DNA of 64,000 bases from a virus (IMGVR_UViG_3300021256_000095:1-64000), one strand, 5' to 3'. Shown: positions 39,488 to 50,805, numbered from the stretch's first letter. Translations and numbers: made by a program. Notes: generated by a model not told the origin, from the sequence alone.

Positions 39488-41146
39488 ATGCGAGCAAAAA
39501 GATTTGATCGAGAATCATCTCGTAATCTTAATATGCGAATTTCCTCTAATAATCAAGATGATTTTCCTATTAGTCCATCATCTGGACAGATCGACTTTTC
39601 AAAGATAAAAGTTGGTGCTAAAATTCTTGAAGATGCAACAATTACTACTCCATTAAAAAAGATAAATGGTAATTATTGCGATAAAGAGTATGTATTAAGA
39701 GCTATTTATAATAATAATGTAAATCAACTAAGAGAAATATCAGATTTTTATTATAAAGCAAGTGGTATATATGGTCGCCTTTGTAGATATTTAGCTTATT
39801 TATATAGATATGATTGGTATATAGTTCCTTATATTTATGGTGGTGATACTTACCCCGTAGATGATAAAGACAAAAAAGGCGATTTAGGAGCTAAGAATGT
39901 AAATAAAATATTAGATAGTTTCTTTAAGGCTATGACCTATCTTGATAATTTTAATGCCAAACAAATTTTAGGCGATATTGCATTAAGAGTAGTAAGATAT
40001 GGATGTTATTATGGATATATTATACATTCTGCTACTGGACCGAGTATTCAAGAGTTACCACCATTATATTGTCGTTCAAGATATAAAAAATTTGGCAAGC
40101 CTGTTGTCGAATTAAACATGAAATATTTTGATGATTTTTATCCTGATAAAGAGTATCGTAAAAGAGTTTTAAAATCTTTTCCTGAAGATATTCAAAAGGG
40201 ATATAAATTATTTTCAAATGGAAAATTAAAAGGTGATTATCAGGGTGATTCTGCAGGTTGGTATATGTTAGATCCAGACTATGGATTTAAAATTAATATT
40301 AATGATAGTGATATTCCTATCATGGCATCAGTTATACCAGCAATTATAGATTTAAATGAAGCTCAAGAGTTAGATAGGAAAAAGATGGCTCAGAAGCTTC
40401 TTAAAATATTGATTCAAAAATTACCTTTAGATAAAAATGGTGATTTAATTTTTGATATGGATGAAGCGCAACAGCTTCATAATAATGCAGTTAAAATGCT
40501 ATCAAGAGCTATTGGTATTGATGTATTGACAACTTTTGCAGATGTAGAAGTTGCGGACATGGCAGATAGAAATACTACTACTACAGTTGATGATTTGGAA
40601 AAAGTAGAAAGAACAGTATTCAACGAAGCTGGTGTTTCTCAAATGCAGTTTAATACAGATGGTAATATTGCTTTAGAAAAATCTATTGCTAATGATAGTG
40701 CAATGATGAGTAATTTAGTTCAACAACTTGAATGGTTAATGAATAAATTATTATTAAACTTTAATAAAACTCCTAAAAAAGTTTTTTATAAAGTTCAAAT
40801 TTTACCAACTACAATTTATGATTATAAAGAATTATCAAAGATGTATAAAGAGCAGACTCAAATGGGTTATAGCAAAATGCTTCCGCAAATTGCGATGGGT
40901 CTTGCGCAAAGCACAATATTAGCAAATGCGTTCTTTGAAAATGATCTATTAAATCTTGTTACTGTATTTGTTCCTCCACTTACTTCTAATACTATGAATG
41001 CAGACGCGCTTGCGCAACAGCAAACTGGACGAAGAAGAACTGGAATTACAATGGTAACAGGAGAAGAGAATCAGGGCGGCCGCCCTGAAAAGCCAGATGA
41101 AGAAAAATCTGCCAAAACTCTTCAAAATATAGAAAGTAAAAATTAA
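39488..41146 (+). CDS. portal protein
   Basis: 552 aa between terL and the protease; portal-like content. Confidence 0.78.
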   Translation: MRAKRFDRESSRNLNMRISSNNQDDFPISPSSGQIDFSKIKVGAKILEDATITTPLKKINGNYCDKEYVLRAIYNNNVNQLREISDFYYKASGIYGRLCRYLAYLYRYDWYIVPYIYGGDTYPVDDKDKKGDLGAKNVNKILDSFFKAMTYLDNFNAKQILGDIALRVVRYGCYYGYIIHSATGPSIQELPPLYCRSRYKKFGKPVVELNMKYFDDFYPDKEYRKRVLKSFPEDIQKGYKLFSNGKLKGDYQGDSAGWYMLDPDYGFKININDSDIPIMASVIPAIIDLNEAQELDRKKMAQKLLKILIQKLPLDKNGDLIFDMDEAQQLHNNAVKMLSRAIGIDVLTTFADVEVADMADRNTTTTVDDLEKVERTVFNEAGVSQMQFNTDGNIALEKSIANDSAMMSNLVQQLEWLMNKLLLNFNKTPKKVFYKVQILPTTIYDYKELSKMYKEQTQMGYSKMLPQIAMGLAQSTILANAFFENDLLNLVTVFVPPLTSNTMNADALAQQQTGRRRTGITMVTGEENQGGRPEKPDEEKSAKTLQNIESKN

Positions 41147-41169
41147 ATATATAAAGGGAGGATTTATAA

Positions 41170-42597
41170 ATGAATAATTATCAGTCTATTGCAACAATAA
41201 ATGGACCGGAATTTATTAATTTACAGCCTCTTGACTTAAATCCTATGATGTCTAAATGTGAAATAAAAGTTTTATATTTAGGTAAAAATAGAAATGGAAC
41301 GAGTATTAGCAAAGAAGCTGCTACGGAGATGTCAAAAACTCTTCGTGGCGCTCCTATTGTTGGGTATTATAGAAAAGATAAAGAAGATTTCTTTGATCAT
41401 GGTGACCAAGTTATTGTAGATGGAGAGGGTATTCATTTTAATGTTTTAACTAGGCCTTATGGTTTTGTATCTCCAGATGCTGAAGTATGGTTTCAAGAGT
41501 TTGAAGAGTTCGATGAAAATGGCGAAAGTACAACAAGAACTTATCTTATGACTACTGGATATTTATGGACTGGTCAATATGAAGAAGCTCAACAATTATT
41601 CATGGAAGGCGGGAAACCGCAATCTATGGAACTTGATGAAAATTCTATGAGTGGATTTTGGTCAAAAGAAGCAAATTCAGATTGTGAATTTTTTATAATA
41701 AATGACGCAATATTTTCAAAATTATGTATTTTAGGTGATGATGTTGAACCTTGTTTTGAAGGGGCTTCAATAACTGCACCTAATGTAAGTAAAAATTTTA
41801 CTTTAGATGAAAGTTTTAAGAAAACTTTATTTAGTATGATGAAAGAATTGCAATATACTTTACAAGGAGGTAATCATACAGTGGAAAACGAAATTAAGAA
41901 GCCAGTTGGTGATGATGCTGTTGTAGAAGAGACTGTAACAGTTGAAGAACCAGCAGAGAATACCTCTTCTGAAAACAATAATTCTTCAAATACTGAAGAT
42001 AACAACAACTCTACTGAAAATACTTCAGGTGAGTCTACTGATTCAACGAATGAATCTGAGAGTGGTTCTGATTCAACTGATGGAGCTGATAATGGAGAAA
42101 GCGGTTCTGCAGATTATGTAAAAGATGATGAAGAAGAGAAAAAAGATGAAGAAGATTCTAAAGATGATTCAGACGGAGATGAAGATAAAAAGACTGAGGA
42201 AGATGATGAAAAAGAAAAGAAATATGCCTTAGTTGTTCAGCAACTTGAAGAGATTCAGACATCTTATAAAGCTTTACAGGAAGAAAATGAGAAGCTTGTA
42301 AATGAATTAACTCAGTTTAAGAAGAAGGCAGAAGAAGCAGAAATGAAAGAAAAAGATGCTTTAATTGCTGAATTTTCAATGCTTTCAGAAGAAGATAAGA
42401 AAAATGTTATTGAGCATAAAGCTGAATATAGTTTACAGCAAATTAAAGCTGAATTAGCAGTTTTATGTTATGATAAGAAAGTAAGTTATACCGTACAAGA
42501 AGATTCTGAAAAGGGTATAACAGTGGATATTGAACCAGGTGCTAATAGCAAGCCTGAATGGTTACAAGCTGTTGATAATAGAATAAAAGAACAATAA
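41170..42597 (+). CDS. prohead protease-scaffold fusion
   Basis: GKNRNG...GAPIVG...QSMEL...LCILG..VEPCF domain, then an acidic low-complexity linker and a coiled coil. Confidence 0.78.
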   Translation: MNNYQSIATINGPEFINLQPLDLNPMMSKCEIKVLYLGKNRNGTSISKEAATEMSKTLRGAPIVGYYRKDKEDFFDHGDQVIVDGEGIHFNVLTRPYGFVSPDAEVWFQEFEEFDENGESTTRTYLMTTGYLWTGQYEEAQQLFMEGGKPQSMELDENSMSGFWSKEANSDCEFFIINDAIFSKLCILGDDVEPCFEGASITAPNVSKNFTLDESFKKTLFSMMKELQYTLQGGNHTVENEIKKPVGDDAVVEETVTVEEPAENTSSENNNSSNTEDNNNSTENTSGESTDSTNESESGSDSTDGADNGESGSADYVKDDEEEKKDEEDSKDDSDGDEDKKTEEDDEKEKKYALVVQQLEEIQTSYKALQEENEKLVNELTQFKKKAEEAEMKEKDALIAEFSMLSEEDKKNVIEHKAEYSLQQIKAELAVLCYDKKVSYTVQEDSEKGITVDIEPGANSKPEWLQAVDNRIKEQ

Positions 42598-42617
42598 TAT
42601 AAAGGAGGAAATCCAAA

Positions 42618-43160
42618 ATGGCTACAATAAAGAGAAAAGGTTTTGGACAGGTAGAGCCTAATCACCTTTCTGCTCAAAGAACAGGTCAGATTTATGCTCA
42701 GCTTATTGCTGATTCAAGCCTTAATATAATTGAGAATGGAATGTTCTTAAAATATGATTATGAGAATAGAAAAGCAGTTGCTAGCTCAAGTGTTGCTGGT
42801 GAATGGCTTTTAGTTTACAATGAAGAAAAGCTTTATGATGTAAGAAAACAGAATCATAAAGATTTTGCAATGATTAAGACAGATTATGTTGATGGTGAAA
42901 TGGTTCCAAGGCTTTTTAAGACTAATGTTGGTGATATTTTCACAACAAACACACTTGGACCTAATACATCTGAAACTGCTGAAACTACAGCTGTAACTGT
43001 CAACGAAGGAGATACACTTGTTGTTGGAAGTACAGGTTATCTTGAAGTACTTGGAGCTAGTGCAACTGCAACTGCACCTGCATTTAAGGTAGTTGCTATA
43101 ACAACAATGCCTGATGCTGATGCTAATTATCCGGCTGTTAAGTTACAACGTGTATTATAA
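42618..43160 (+). CDS. head decoration / minor capsid protein
   Basis: Position before the MCP; highly expressed codon bias. Confidence 0.65.
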   Translation: MATIKRKGFGQVEPNHLSAQRTGQIYAQLIADSSLNIIENGMFLKYDYENRKAVASSSVAGEWLLVYNEEKLYDVRKQNHKDFAMIKTDYVDGEMVPRLFKTNVGDIFTTNTLGPNTSETAETTAVTVNEGDTLVVGSTGYLEVLGASATATAPAFKVVAITTMPDADANYPAVKLQRVL

Positions 43161-43180
43161 TATAAAGGAGGATTAAGGTC

Positions 43181-44266
43181 ATGGCATTACAAAAGAAAGA
43201 ACTTTTTACACTTGCTAAGACAGTAGCAAAGGCTAATCCTTCTGCGGCTGTTGCTTATAGCTTTGGTGATAGTAAATATTCTTATAAAGAGCTTGATGAT
43301 ACTCTTCGTGCAGAACTTAGAGAAATTGCTGGAACATATGCTCTTTATAGAGAGAATAAAAATATTCTTTTTGAATTAATTGAACAAGTTATAGATGAGG
43401 TTCTTCCTCAGAGAGTTATTGAGCAGTATGGTCAGTTCGCTGATATTCGTACTTTTGCTCAGGGCGACAAGCCTGTCTTCTCAGTAAAAGCTTCTCAAGC
43501 TTCTAAGGCTAGAGCAAAGAAGTTTGTTACTAAAGTAGGTCTCGCTGGTGTTTATGAAGTATTCAAGCTTGATGGATATACATTAGAGGTTCCTACAGAG
43601 GCATGGGGCGGAGCTGCTCAGATTGGCTTTGAGGAATATCTTGATGGCAGAATAGATATGGCTGACGTTGTTGAGATTATCAATGATGGTCTTAATGAGT
43701 GCGTATTTAGAGAGATTGCTAAGGCTCTTAAGAGCGCAGTTGGTCAGATTGCAAATACAAATAAGAAGAGTGATAATACATTCGTTCAGACAAAGATGGA
43801 TCAGCTTCTTCAGATAGCAGATGCTTATGGAAAGGCTACTATTTATTGTACTTTTGAATTTGCAGCAACAATGGTTCCTGATAATAACTGGATTTCTAAT
43901 GAACAGAAGAATACAATGTGGAATGTTGGCTATCTTGCTAACTATAAAGGACATAATGTAGTAATTCTTCCTAACTCATTTGAAGATACTGGAAATACTG
44001 TAAAAGTTATGGATCCTTCATATGCTTACATTATACCAACAGGTGCAGATAAGCCTATTAAGGTTGCATTTGAAGGTGATGCCGCAGTTAGAGAGTGGGA
44101 AAACAAAGACTGGTCAAGAGAAATCCAAACATATAAGAAGTTTGGTATCGGTATGGTAGGTCTTAATGCTGGTATCTGTGTATATCAGAATACATCTCTT
44201 ACTCAAGGTACACCTTCAGGAACAATAACTAAGAAGGCAGCTCCTGGACTTTCAGTTGAGTATTAA
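43181..44266 (+). CDS. major capsid protein
   Basis: 361 aa, strong SD, strong codon bias, followed by a terminator. Confidence 0.82.
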   Translation: MALQKKELFTLAKTVAKANPSAAVAYSFGDSKYSYKELDDTLRAELREIAGTYALYRENKNILFELIEQVIDEVLPQRVIEQYGQFADIRTFAQGDKPVFSVKASQASKARAKKFVTKVGLAGVYEVFKLDGYTLEVPTEAWGGAAQIGFEEYLDGRIDMADVVEIINDGLNECVFREIAKALKSAVGQIANTNKKSDNTFVQTKMDQLLQIADAYGKATIYCTFEFAATMVPDNNWISNEQKNTMWNVGYLANYKGHNVVILPNSFEDTGNTVKVMDPSYAYIIPTGADKPIKVAFEGDAAVREWENKDWSREIQTYKKFGIGMVGLNAGICVYQNTSLTQGTPSGTITKKAAPGLSVEY

Positions 44267-44280
44267 TAAACAATTAAATA

Positions 44281-44308
44281 AAGGGAGATTTTTTTAAATC
44301 TCCCTTTA
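44281..44308 (+). terminator. intrinsic terminator after the MCP
   Basis: AAGGGAGATT...AATCTCCCTT hairpin. Confidence 0.7.
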
Positions 44309-44317
44309 TATTTTTAT

Positions 44318-44917
44318 ATGGAGATAAAAGGAGATAATAATATGATAGATAATAACACTTTAATAAAGGTTCAAAATAGAGATTTTGGTTCTGTTGGATA
44401 TACAATTCCTGATTTAAACAATTTACATAGGGAGTTTCAGCCAGGTGAAGTAAAAGAGATTCCTTTTGATGAACTCTTTAAACTTTATCAAGTTCCTGGT
44501 GGAGAGTATATAATTAATAATTATTTAATAATTTATAATGAAGATGCGGTTAATGAGCTTATGGGTGGAGTTGAGCCAGAGTATTTTTATTCAGAAACTC
44601 AAATTGTTGATTTAATGAAAAATGGTACTTTAGATCAGTTTGAAGACTGCTTAAATTTTGCTCCTAAAGGAGTTTTAGATTTAATTAAGGAAATAAGTGT
44701 TAAGCTTCCTCTCAATGATGTTGCTAAAAGAGATTTAATTTTAAGAAAACTTAATTTTAATGTAGCAAGCGCTATTGAATTAGCTAAGAATGATGAAGTT
44801 GTTGAAGACACAAAGCCAGTTAGAAAAGCAGGCACTCCAACGATAAAGAAGACAACTACAACTGTAACAAGGAAAGCATCAATCCCGCAGAAGAAAACTG
44901 AACCTGATGCTGAATAA
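44318..44917 (+). CDS. head-associated hypothetical protein
   Basis: Position after the MCP. Confidence 0.6.
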   Translation: MEIKGDNNMIDNNTLIKVQNRDFGSVGYTIPDLNNLHREFQPGEVKEIPFDELFKLYQVPGGEYIINNYLIIYNEDAVNELMGGVEPEYFYSETQIVDLMKNGTLDQFEDCLNFAPKGVLDLIKEISVKLPLNDVAKRDLILRKLNFNVASAIELAKNDEVVEDTKPVRKAGTPTIKKTTTTVTRKASIPQKKTEPDAE

Positions 44918-44934
44918 GAAAAGGAGGGTTAAAA

Positions 44935-45489
44935 GTGACACCTCTTTCAACAGTTTATAATTACTTTTTAAGAAAAATTACTGATGATATGTACATGGAA
45001 TTTACAAAAGAAGATACTATGTCTATGTTAAATGAATTATTGATGTCAGCTATTCATTCTTTTGAATTTCCACGAAAATCACTTGAAATAACGCCTCCTG
45101 ATTCAGATGAAGATAGCGAGGACGGTTATTTCATAAATGATTTAACTGATGAAGAATGTAATATTTTAGCTACTTATATGGTTGAAGAGTGGATTGGACA
45201 ACAGCTTGCAAGTGTTGAAAATACACGAATGAAGTATAGCGGTTCTGATTTTAAATTTACTTCTCAGGCGAATCATATGTCTAAACTTCAATCTATGAAG
45301 AAAGAATATGAAAGAAAAGGCTTCCATCTTCAAAGATTATATAAACGTAGAAAAGTAGATTCTAATGGAATATATCGTTCTACAATGCATATATTATCAG
45401 AAACTCCAGTATATCCTTTTTCTTTAGGAAATGAGGATCCTGCTGAAGATAGCGGAGAGGAGGGTTTCTGGTATGATGACAAAGTATAA
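44935..45489 (+). CDS. head-tail connector candidate
   Basis: Position and helical content. Confidence 0.55.
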   Translation: MTPLSTVYNYFLRKITDDMYMEFTKEDTMSMLNELLMSAIHSFEFPRKSLEITPPDSDEDSEDGYFINDLTDEECNILATYMVEEWIGQQLASVENTRMKYSGSDFKFTSQANHMSKLQSMKKEYERKGFHLQRLYKRRKVDSNGIYRSTMHILSETPVYPFSLGNEDPAEDSGEEGFWYDDKV

Positions 45490-45799
45490 TTTAGATATAA
45501 ATTCAGAAACTATTAATAATAATTTTAAAAGAATTATTAATTTAACATATGCTTTATTACCTACCCGAGAAGAGGGTAATGATTGGCAAAAGCCGCTTGA
45601 AACTATTTTAGAAGAATTATGTGGATTGTATAGATTGGTTATCGACTTACCTTTCAATCATACTACATTATTTTGTTTGATATGTAAATTAGAAGGACTA
45701 TTTACTTTAGTTGAAGAAAAAGATTTTGGTCTTTATAGAAGAACTATATTTGAATGTTTAGCCCTTCTAAATAATATAAAAGATGAATGCATTGGATAA
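45431..45799 (+). CDS. hypothetical neck-region protein
   Basis: ORF in a coupled run; real start probably MMTKY. Confidence 0.6.
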   Translation: MRILLKIAERRVSGMMTKYNLDINSETINNNFKRIINLTYALLPTREEGNDWQKPLETILEELCGLYRLVIDLPFNHTTLFCLICKLEGLFTLVEEKDFGLYRRTIFECLALLNNIKDECIG

Positions 45800-46769
45800 T
45801 ATGTCTAAAAGACTTAACTATGGGGGCGGCGCCCGCCAGCAAAGTCGAATGATAGAAGATAAATTGAGAAGTTTAAAAAAAGCTTTATTATATTCTTATC
45901 AGGCTGGTACTATGATTATTGAGCAAGATGATTCTACTCTTGAATTTAGATGTTTAATTAATCCAGATAAATTAACTTATGATTCTGATAAAAAAATGTT
46001 GTCAGTACCTTTTCGAGACATTTGTCTAAGCATGCCTCGAATTGGAAAAACGACAGAAGGGGTCGTAGATGTCCCAATCAAGTGTGGAGATACTTTTATT
46101 TGGAAAGAAACTAATACTCGCTGGTTAGTCACTCTACAATATTTAGAAGAATTAGCTTATTTTAGAGCGGATATTAGAAAATGTTTTTCATATCCTCTTG
46201 AAATAGATGGAGTAAAATATTGGTTTTCTAACATTGGAGAAAATCAACAAACCATTGAATGGAGAATGAAGAATTTAGAAGAGTGGAATAAAATTAATTA
46301 TACAAGAACTTTATATATAAAACGTAATCAAGATACTATAAATTATTTTAAAAGATTTAAAATAGTTAAACTTCCAAATATCAATGGTGAATTAGAGCCT
46401 TGGGAAGTTCAAGCAGTTACTCCTAATTCAGTAGAAGATATATTAATAGTTCATCTTAAAGAATATTTTAATAATGAATTTGAAGATTTAAGTAATAAAA
46501 TTCAAGAAGAGATTCAAGAAGATCATGAACTAAATGAAGAGCAGGTAGTCTATCCTTATGATAAAATTATTTTAACTTGTCCATATGTTGAGAATGCATT
46601 ATGGGAAATTAAAAATAAAGATTTTGGATTAGATATGGCTATGGATGCTATTGTTATAGAAAAAGAAGATACTACTGTTACTATTCAACTTTTAAATGGT
46701 AAGACTGGTAAATTTGATGTGTTTTATAATAATAAATTAGTAAAACATATTGTGATAAAAGCAATATAA
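45783..46769 (+). CDS. head closure/neck protein candidate
   Basis: Position. Confidence 0.55.
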   Translation: MNALDNMSKRLNYGGGARQQSRMIEDKLRSLKKALLYSYQAGTMIIEQDDSTLEFRCLINPDKLTYDSDKKMLSVPFRDICLSMPRIGKTTEGVVDVPIKCGDTFIWKETNTRWLVTLQYLEELAYFRADIRKCFSYPLEIDGVKYWFSNIGENQQTIEWRMKNLEEWNKINYTRTLYIKRNQDTINYFKRFKIVKLPNINGELEPWEVQAVTPNSVEDILIVHLKEYFNNEFEDLSNKIQEEIQEDHELNEEQVVYPYDKIILTCPYVENALWEIKNKDFGLDMAMDAIVIEKEDTTVTIQLLNGKTGKFDVFYNNKLVKHIVIKAI

Positions 46770-46791
46770 AGAGATAAAAGGAGAGATAAAA

Positions 46792-47382
46792 ATGCAACGA
46801 AATGCATTACCACCAACTTTGCAATCATCATTTTTATCTTGTGAAAAAGATACAGAAATTATTTTAAATAAATTATTTATGGAAAGTAATCCATATAGTA
46901 ATCGTCTAAAAAAATTATTAGTAATAAATACTCCTGATTGTTTAGATAATAATATTACTAAATATAATGATATTGTTTCACATTATAGTGTTAAAGATTT
47001 AATAGATAAAAAATATATTAGATTAACCCCTCGATTAGAATTTGAGGAACATGAAGATGTAAAATCTTATATACATATTTCTTTTGATGATTTTAAAACT
47101 AATAGAATTAATGAAAGATTTAGAGATTGCATTGTTCATTTTGATATAATGTGTCATACTAAACAATGGGATTTACAAGGGTTTGAATTAAGACCTTTAA
47201 TGATTGCGGGTTATATAGATGGAATTTTAAATTTTAATAAATTATCTGGAGTTGGCGAGTTTGTGTTTTTAGGTTGTCAAGAAGTTGTATTTGATGCTAA
47301 TTTAGCTGGATATGTTTTAACATATGAAGCTGTTCATTTTACAGAAGATGATGCTAAATTAGAGGCGCTATCAAGTAAATGA
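46792..47382 (+). CDS. tail terminator candidate
   Basis: ISFDDF...VHFDIMCH...W...RP..IAGYID beta pattern. Confidence 0.6.
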   Translation: MQRNALPPTLQSSFLSCEKDTEIILNKLFMESNPYSNRLKKLLVINTPDCLDNNITKYNDIVSHYSVKDLIDKKYIRLTPRLEFEEHEDVKSYIHISFDDFKTNRINERFRDCIVHFDIMCHTKQWDLQGFELRPLMIAGYIDGILNFNKLSGVGEFVFLGCQEVVFDANLAGYVLTYEAVHFTEDDAKLEALSSK

Positions 47383-48158
47383 AAAGAGAACAGTCTGTAA
47401 ATGCACTTCTATTAGACACTAAAGTTAATATACCTTTTCCGCCAGCACAGGTTACTATATATCAACCTTCGATAAAAGAAATAGCTATGATTGGAGAAGA
47501 TACTCAAATGATTGCGGTTAGAGCAATTACTAAAAATTATGAGACTCTTCAGGACAAAAATAATTCAATTCAATTATCGAATTTTGAAATATTTATGAAA
47601 GTAATTCACGATAAGAGTGAGCAGAGTAAAAAAATTATTCAAGCAATAGAAGATTTTTTTGTTTTAATATTTCCAAATTATAAAGTTACTTTTACTCCTC
47701 ATTCTATTATTCTTCAAGATGAATTTAGTCAAATTCATATGATTGATGAAAGTAGTTTTAATGATTTTACAAATATTATTTACGATGCTTTTTGTTTGGA
47801 TTTATTAGATTCTGAACAAGGTACAGAATATAATCCACAAGGGGCTCGCGCGCAAGCGCTCGTAGATAAGTTTATGGCTAAAAGAAAACTTTTAGCTGAA
47901 TTAAAGCGGGAACGAGGTCATGATCCATCAAAAGATAGCTTATATGGTCGATATATTGATATATTGGCTGTTGGAGAACAAAAAGATAAGAATAGTTTAA
48001 AAGAATATTCTGTTTATCAACTTATTGAAGAATTTAAAAGATTTCAATTAAAAACTACCTTTGATTATACGCTTCGCGCAAAACTTGCAGGAGCAACAAA
48101 AATAAAGGACGCAAAAGATTGGATGGGCGACATCCAATTTAATTCTGAAAACGAATAA
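47379..48158 (+). CDS. tail-region hypothetical protein
   Basis: ATGA coupling; position before the tail tube. Confidence 0.6.
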   Translation: MKREQSVNALLLDTKVNIPFPPAQVTIYQPSIKEIAMIGEDTQMIAVRAITKNYETLQDKNNSIQLSNFEIFMKVIHDKSEQSKKIIQAIEDFFVLIFPNYKVTFTPHSIILQDEFSQIHMIDESSFNDFTNIIYDAFCLDLLDSEQGTEYNPQGARAQALVDKFMAKRKLLAELKRERGHDPSKDSLYGRYIDILAVGEQKDKNSLKEYSVYQLIEEFKRFQLKTTFDYTLRAKLAGATKIKDAKDWMGDIQFNSENE

Positions 48159-48179
48159 TTTTTTAAGGAGGAAAACACA

Positions 48180-49295
48180 ATGAAATTTGGTATTCGTGAA
48201 TGTGCGAACATGGTGTTCAGAGCTAAGACTCCTACTAATATAGGTAAATATAAGTTTAAAGCTGGACAGCCTGTTCTTTATATTGATACTGCTACAACTT
48301 CTACTCTTGAGCAAGCTACAACCGCTGTATATGCACAAGGTGGTAGAGGTAACGTTCGTCTTATTTCTTGGGAAGGTGAAAAAACTCTTACTTTCACTGT
48401 AGAAGACGCACTCCTTTCACCAATCTCTCTTGCAATGCTCTCTGGTGCAGATCTTTTCCAGGGATCTAAGTCTGTATCTGAAGTACATTTCCATACTACA
48501 AGTACAGCTAGTATTGATTTAGTAGCTGGTACAGGAGAAGGAGCCGTTGATGGTTATATTAATTTAGAGAGCGTTCTTGGTGCAGGAGAAAAAATTTGTG
48601 CATCAAATGATGCTCCTATTTATGTTATCATAACAGAAGGTGATGGTAGCTTAACTGGAGAAATGCTTGTTGGTACTAAAGTTGAAGTTGGTGATGCTAC
48701 AAAGTCTGGAAATACATGGACTTGGACAGCGGCTAGTACTACAACAAAAAATCAAAGTATTAAGATTACAGGAGTTTCAAGTTCAGGTATTGCAGATTTT
48801 GCAGAAGATGATAGAACCACTATTGAAGCAGGTAAGAGTTATACTGTATTCGTAGATTACTATCTTGATAAGCCGGCTGCAAAGGTTGATGAACTTCAGA
48901 TTGCTGCTGACAACTTTGCTGGTAACTATTATGTAGAAGCTGATACATTATTTAGACGTAAGAGTGATGGTGTAGATATGCCTGCTAACTTAACATTCCC
49001 TAATGTTAAGATTCAGTCTAACTTTACATTCTCTCTTTCAGGAACTGGAGATCCTTCAACATTTACTTTCACAATGGATGCTCTTCCAGGATATACTTAT
49101 TTTGATAAGTCAAGAGAAGTTCTTTGTGTAATTCAGGTAATTGAGGATCAGACAAATGCTGATAAGATTATTAATCCAGTAATGCCTCATAACACAACTC
49201 TTGAGCATAATAAAGTAGAGATTGATGACTCTAAGTATATTGGTTATGGTACAACAGAAGGAACTACACAGGGTAATGCAACTGAAGAAGGTTAA
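48180..49295 (+). CDS. major tail tube protein
   Basis: Thr/Gly/beta-rich, strong codon bias, GDPSTFTFTMD segment, followed by a terminator at 49318-49355. Confidence 0.78.
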   Translation: MKFGIRECANMVFRAKTPTNIGKYKFKAGQPVLYIDTATTSTLEQATTAVYAQGGRGNVRLISWEGEKTLTFTVEDALLSPISLAMLSGADLFQGSKSVSEVHFHTTSTASIDLVAGTGEGAVDGYINLESVLGAGEKICASNDAPIYVIITEGDGSLTGEMLVGTKVEVGDATKSGNTWTWTAASTTTKNQSIKITGVSSSGIADFAEDDRTTIEAGKSYTVFVDYYLDKPAAKVDELQIAADNFAGNYYVEADTLFRRKSDGVDMPANLTFPNVKIQSNFTFSLSGTGDPSTFTFTMDALPGYTYFDKSREVLCVIQVIEDQTNADKIINPVMPHNTTLEHNKVEIDDSKYIGYGTTEGTTQGNATEEG

Positions 49296-49374
49296 TTAAA
49301 TTAATATAAAAATAGATTTGGGAAGCACTAAAGAAAGTGCTTCCCGCTATTTTTTTATCTTCTATTGAAAGAAG

Positions 49375-50805
49375 GTGAAATACAATATGTATTTAAATCA
49401 AGCAACTCCTCGTTATGATGTAGTTGAATTTTTAGGAGATATACATAATAAGTTAAATAAAAAATATAATTTTAATATTTCTAATAAAGAACAAAATAAA
49501 GAATGGGAAAGAGCGCAAAAAATACAAGAGTTTTTAAGAGTTCTTCCAACAATATTAAAAAAGAATGATAGTTTAATAGCGAAAGTTTTGTATTCAAATT
49601 TAAAATCCATTATGGGTAAAGACCAAGAAAGTTTTTCTTTATTTGAAAGAATGAAAGAAAGATCTACGGATCCTAAAGATGATGTAGGTGACGTTTTTGA
49701 AAAAGAGCTTCAAGCTATTATTCAAACTTTTTTTGAAGTAGAAGGACGTCCTATTCGATTAGGAGAGGAAACAGTTGAATTAAAAAATGTTCAACAATTC
49801 TTAGAAGCAAATCAACAAGGTTTTGATGAAAATTTAATGGCTACTTTTAGAAATATTCAAGCTGAAAGGATTCAACCAATTATAGACGATTTAATAGAAC
49901 AAGGATTGAAAAAAGGAACAAAAGATTTTAGAGATGCTCTAAAAAAAGATAGTCGTTATGTCACAGTGCCAGAATTAGGTATTGAATATTATAAAAATCA
50001 AACAAGAAATAATAAAAGTAGCAATCGATCTTTTAATATTTATAACCTTTTTCCAAAAACTTTAGAGTATTATAAAGAAGAAAATTCGGATGGATCAAAA
50101 ATAAAATTAAAAACTCAACATTTTGTAGTTAAAGATAAATCAGGAAAAACGGATGTTGCAGCCTCAGATATTACTATTGATTATGAATTAGAAGGAGAGT
50201 TTTCAAATACTGTTGAAGCTGGTATAAAAGCCTTAAAGGGAGCTAGATTAAGTGCAAAATCTTATTCAGATTTTAAAATTGGATTAGGAAATACTAATTT
50301 TTTAAAAGTATTTTATGCTGTTGCAGATGCTACTGGTCAAAGTAGCGAAACAAGAGTTCGACATTCAGCTTTATATCATCTTCTTAATTTACAAAAATGT
50401 GCAAAAAATAAAAAAGAGAAAAAATATAAATACAAAAGAATTAAAGAAGAGGATAGGAAGCCTTCTATTTATGACCCAAGACGTTATGGTAAACTTAAAA
50501 GTAGATGGACTCAAGCAAGAGAGTACATTTATTATTTACGTTTTATTTATGAACTAACGGGGGCTGGAACTAAATATACAAAAAAAGAACTACGAGGATT
50601 AGAAGAAGTAGATTTTCTTGTTACTAATATAGGAAAAGGAAAAGAAAGTTTAATTCAAGTTTTTCCAGTGTCATATTTAATTCAAAAGGCTATCATATCA
50701 ATGCAGAAACCTGGAGCGTTGAAAAAGTATACTAGTAAAAGACCAGATCCATTTGATTCAGATTTACATATAGATTTTAGTGTATTAGATATACCAATGT
50801 TATAG
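49375..50805 (+). CDS. hypothetical protein with PD-(D/E)XK-like motifs
   Basis: VGDVFEKE...GKTDV...LSAKSY. Confidence 0.45.
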   Translation: MKYNMYLNQATPRYDVVEFLGDIHNKLNKKYNFNISNKEQNKEWERAQKIQEFLRVLPTILKKNDSLIAKVLYSNLKSIMGKDQESFSLFERMKERSTDPKDDVGDVFEKELQAIIQTFFEVEGRPIRLGEETVELKNVQQFLEANQQGFDENLMATFRNIQAERIQPIIDDLIEQGLKKGTKDFRDALKKDSRYVTVPELGIEYYKNQTRNNKSSNRSFNIYNLFPKTLEYYKEENSDGSKIKLKTQHFVVKDKSGKTDVAASDITIDYELEGEFSNTVEAGIKALKGARLSAKSYSDFKIGLGNTNFLKVFYAVADATGQSSETRVRHSALYHLLNLQKCAKNKKEKKYKYKRIKEEDRKPSIYDPRRYGKLKSRWTQAREYIYYLRFIYELTGAGTKYTKKELRGLEEVDFLVTNIGKGKESLIQVFPVSYLIQKAIISMQKPGALKKYTSKRPDPFDSDLHIDFSVLDIPML

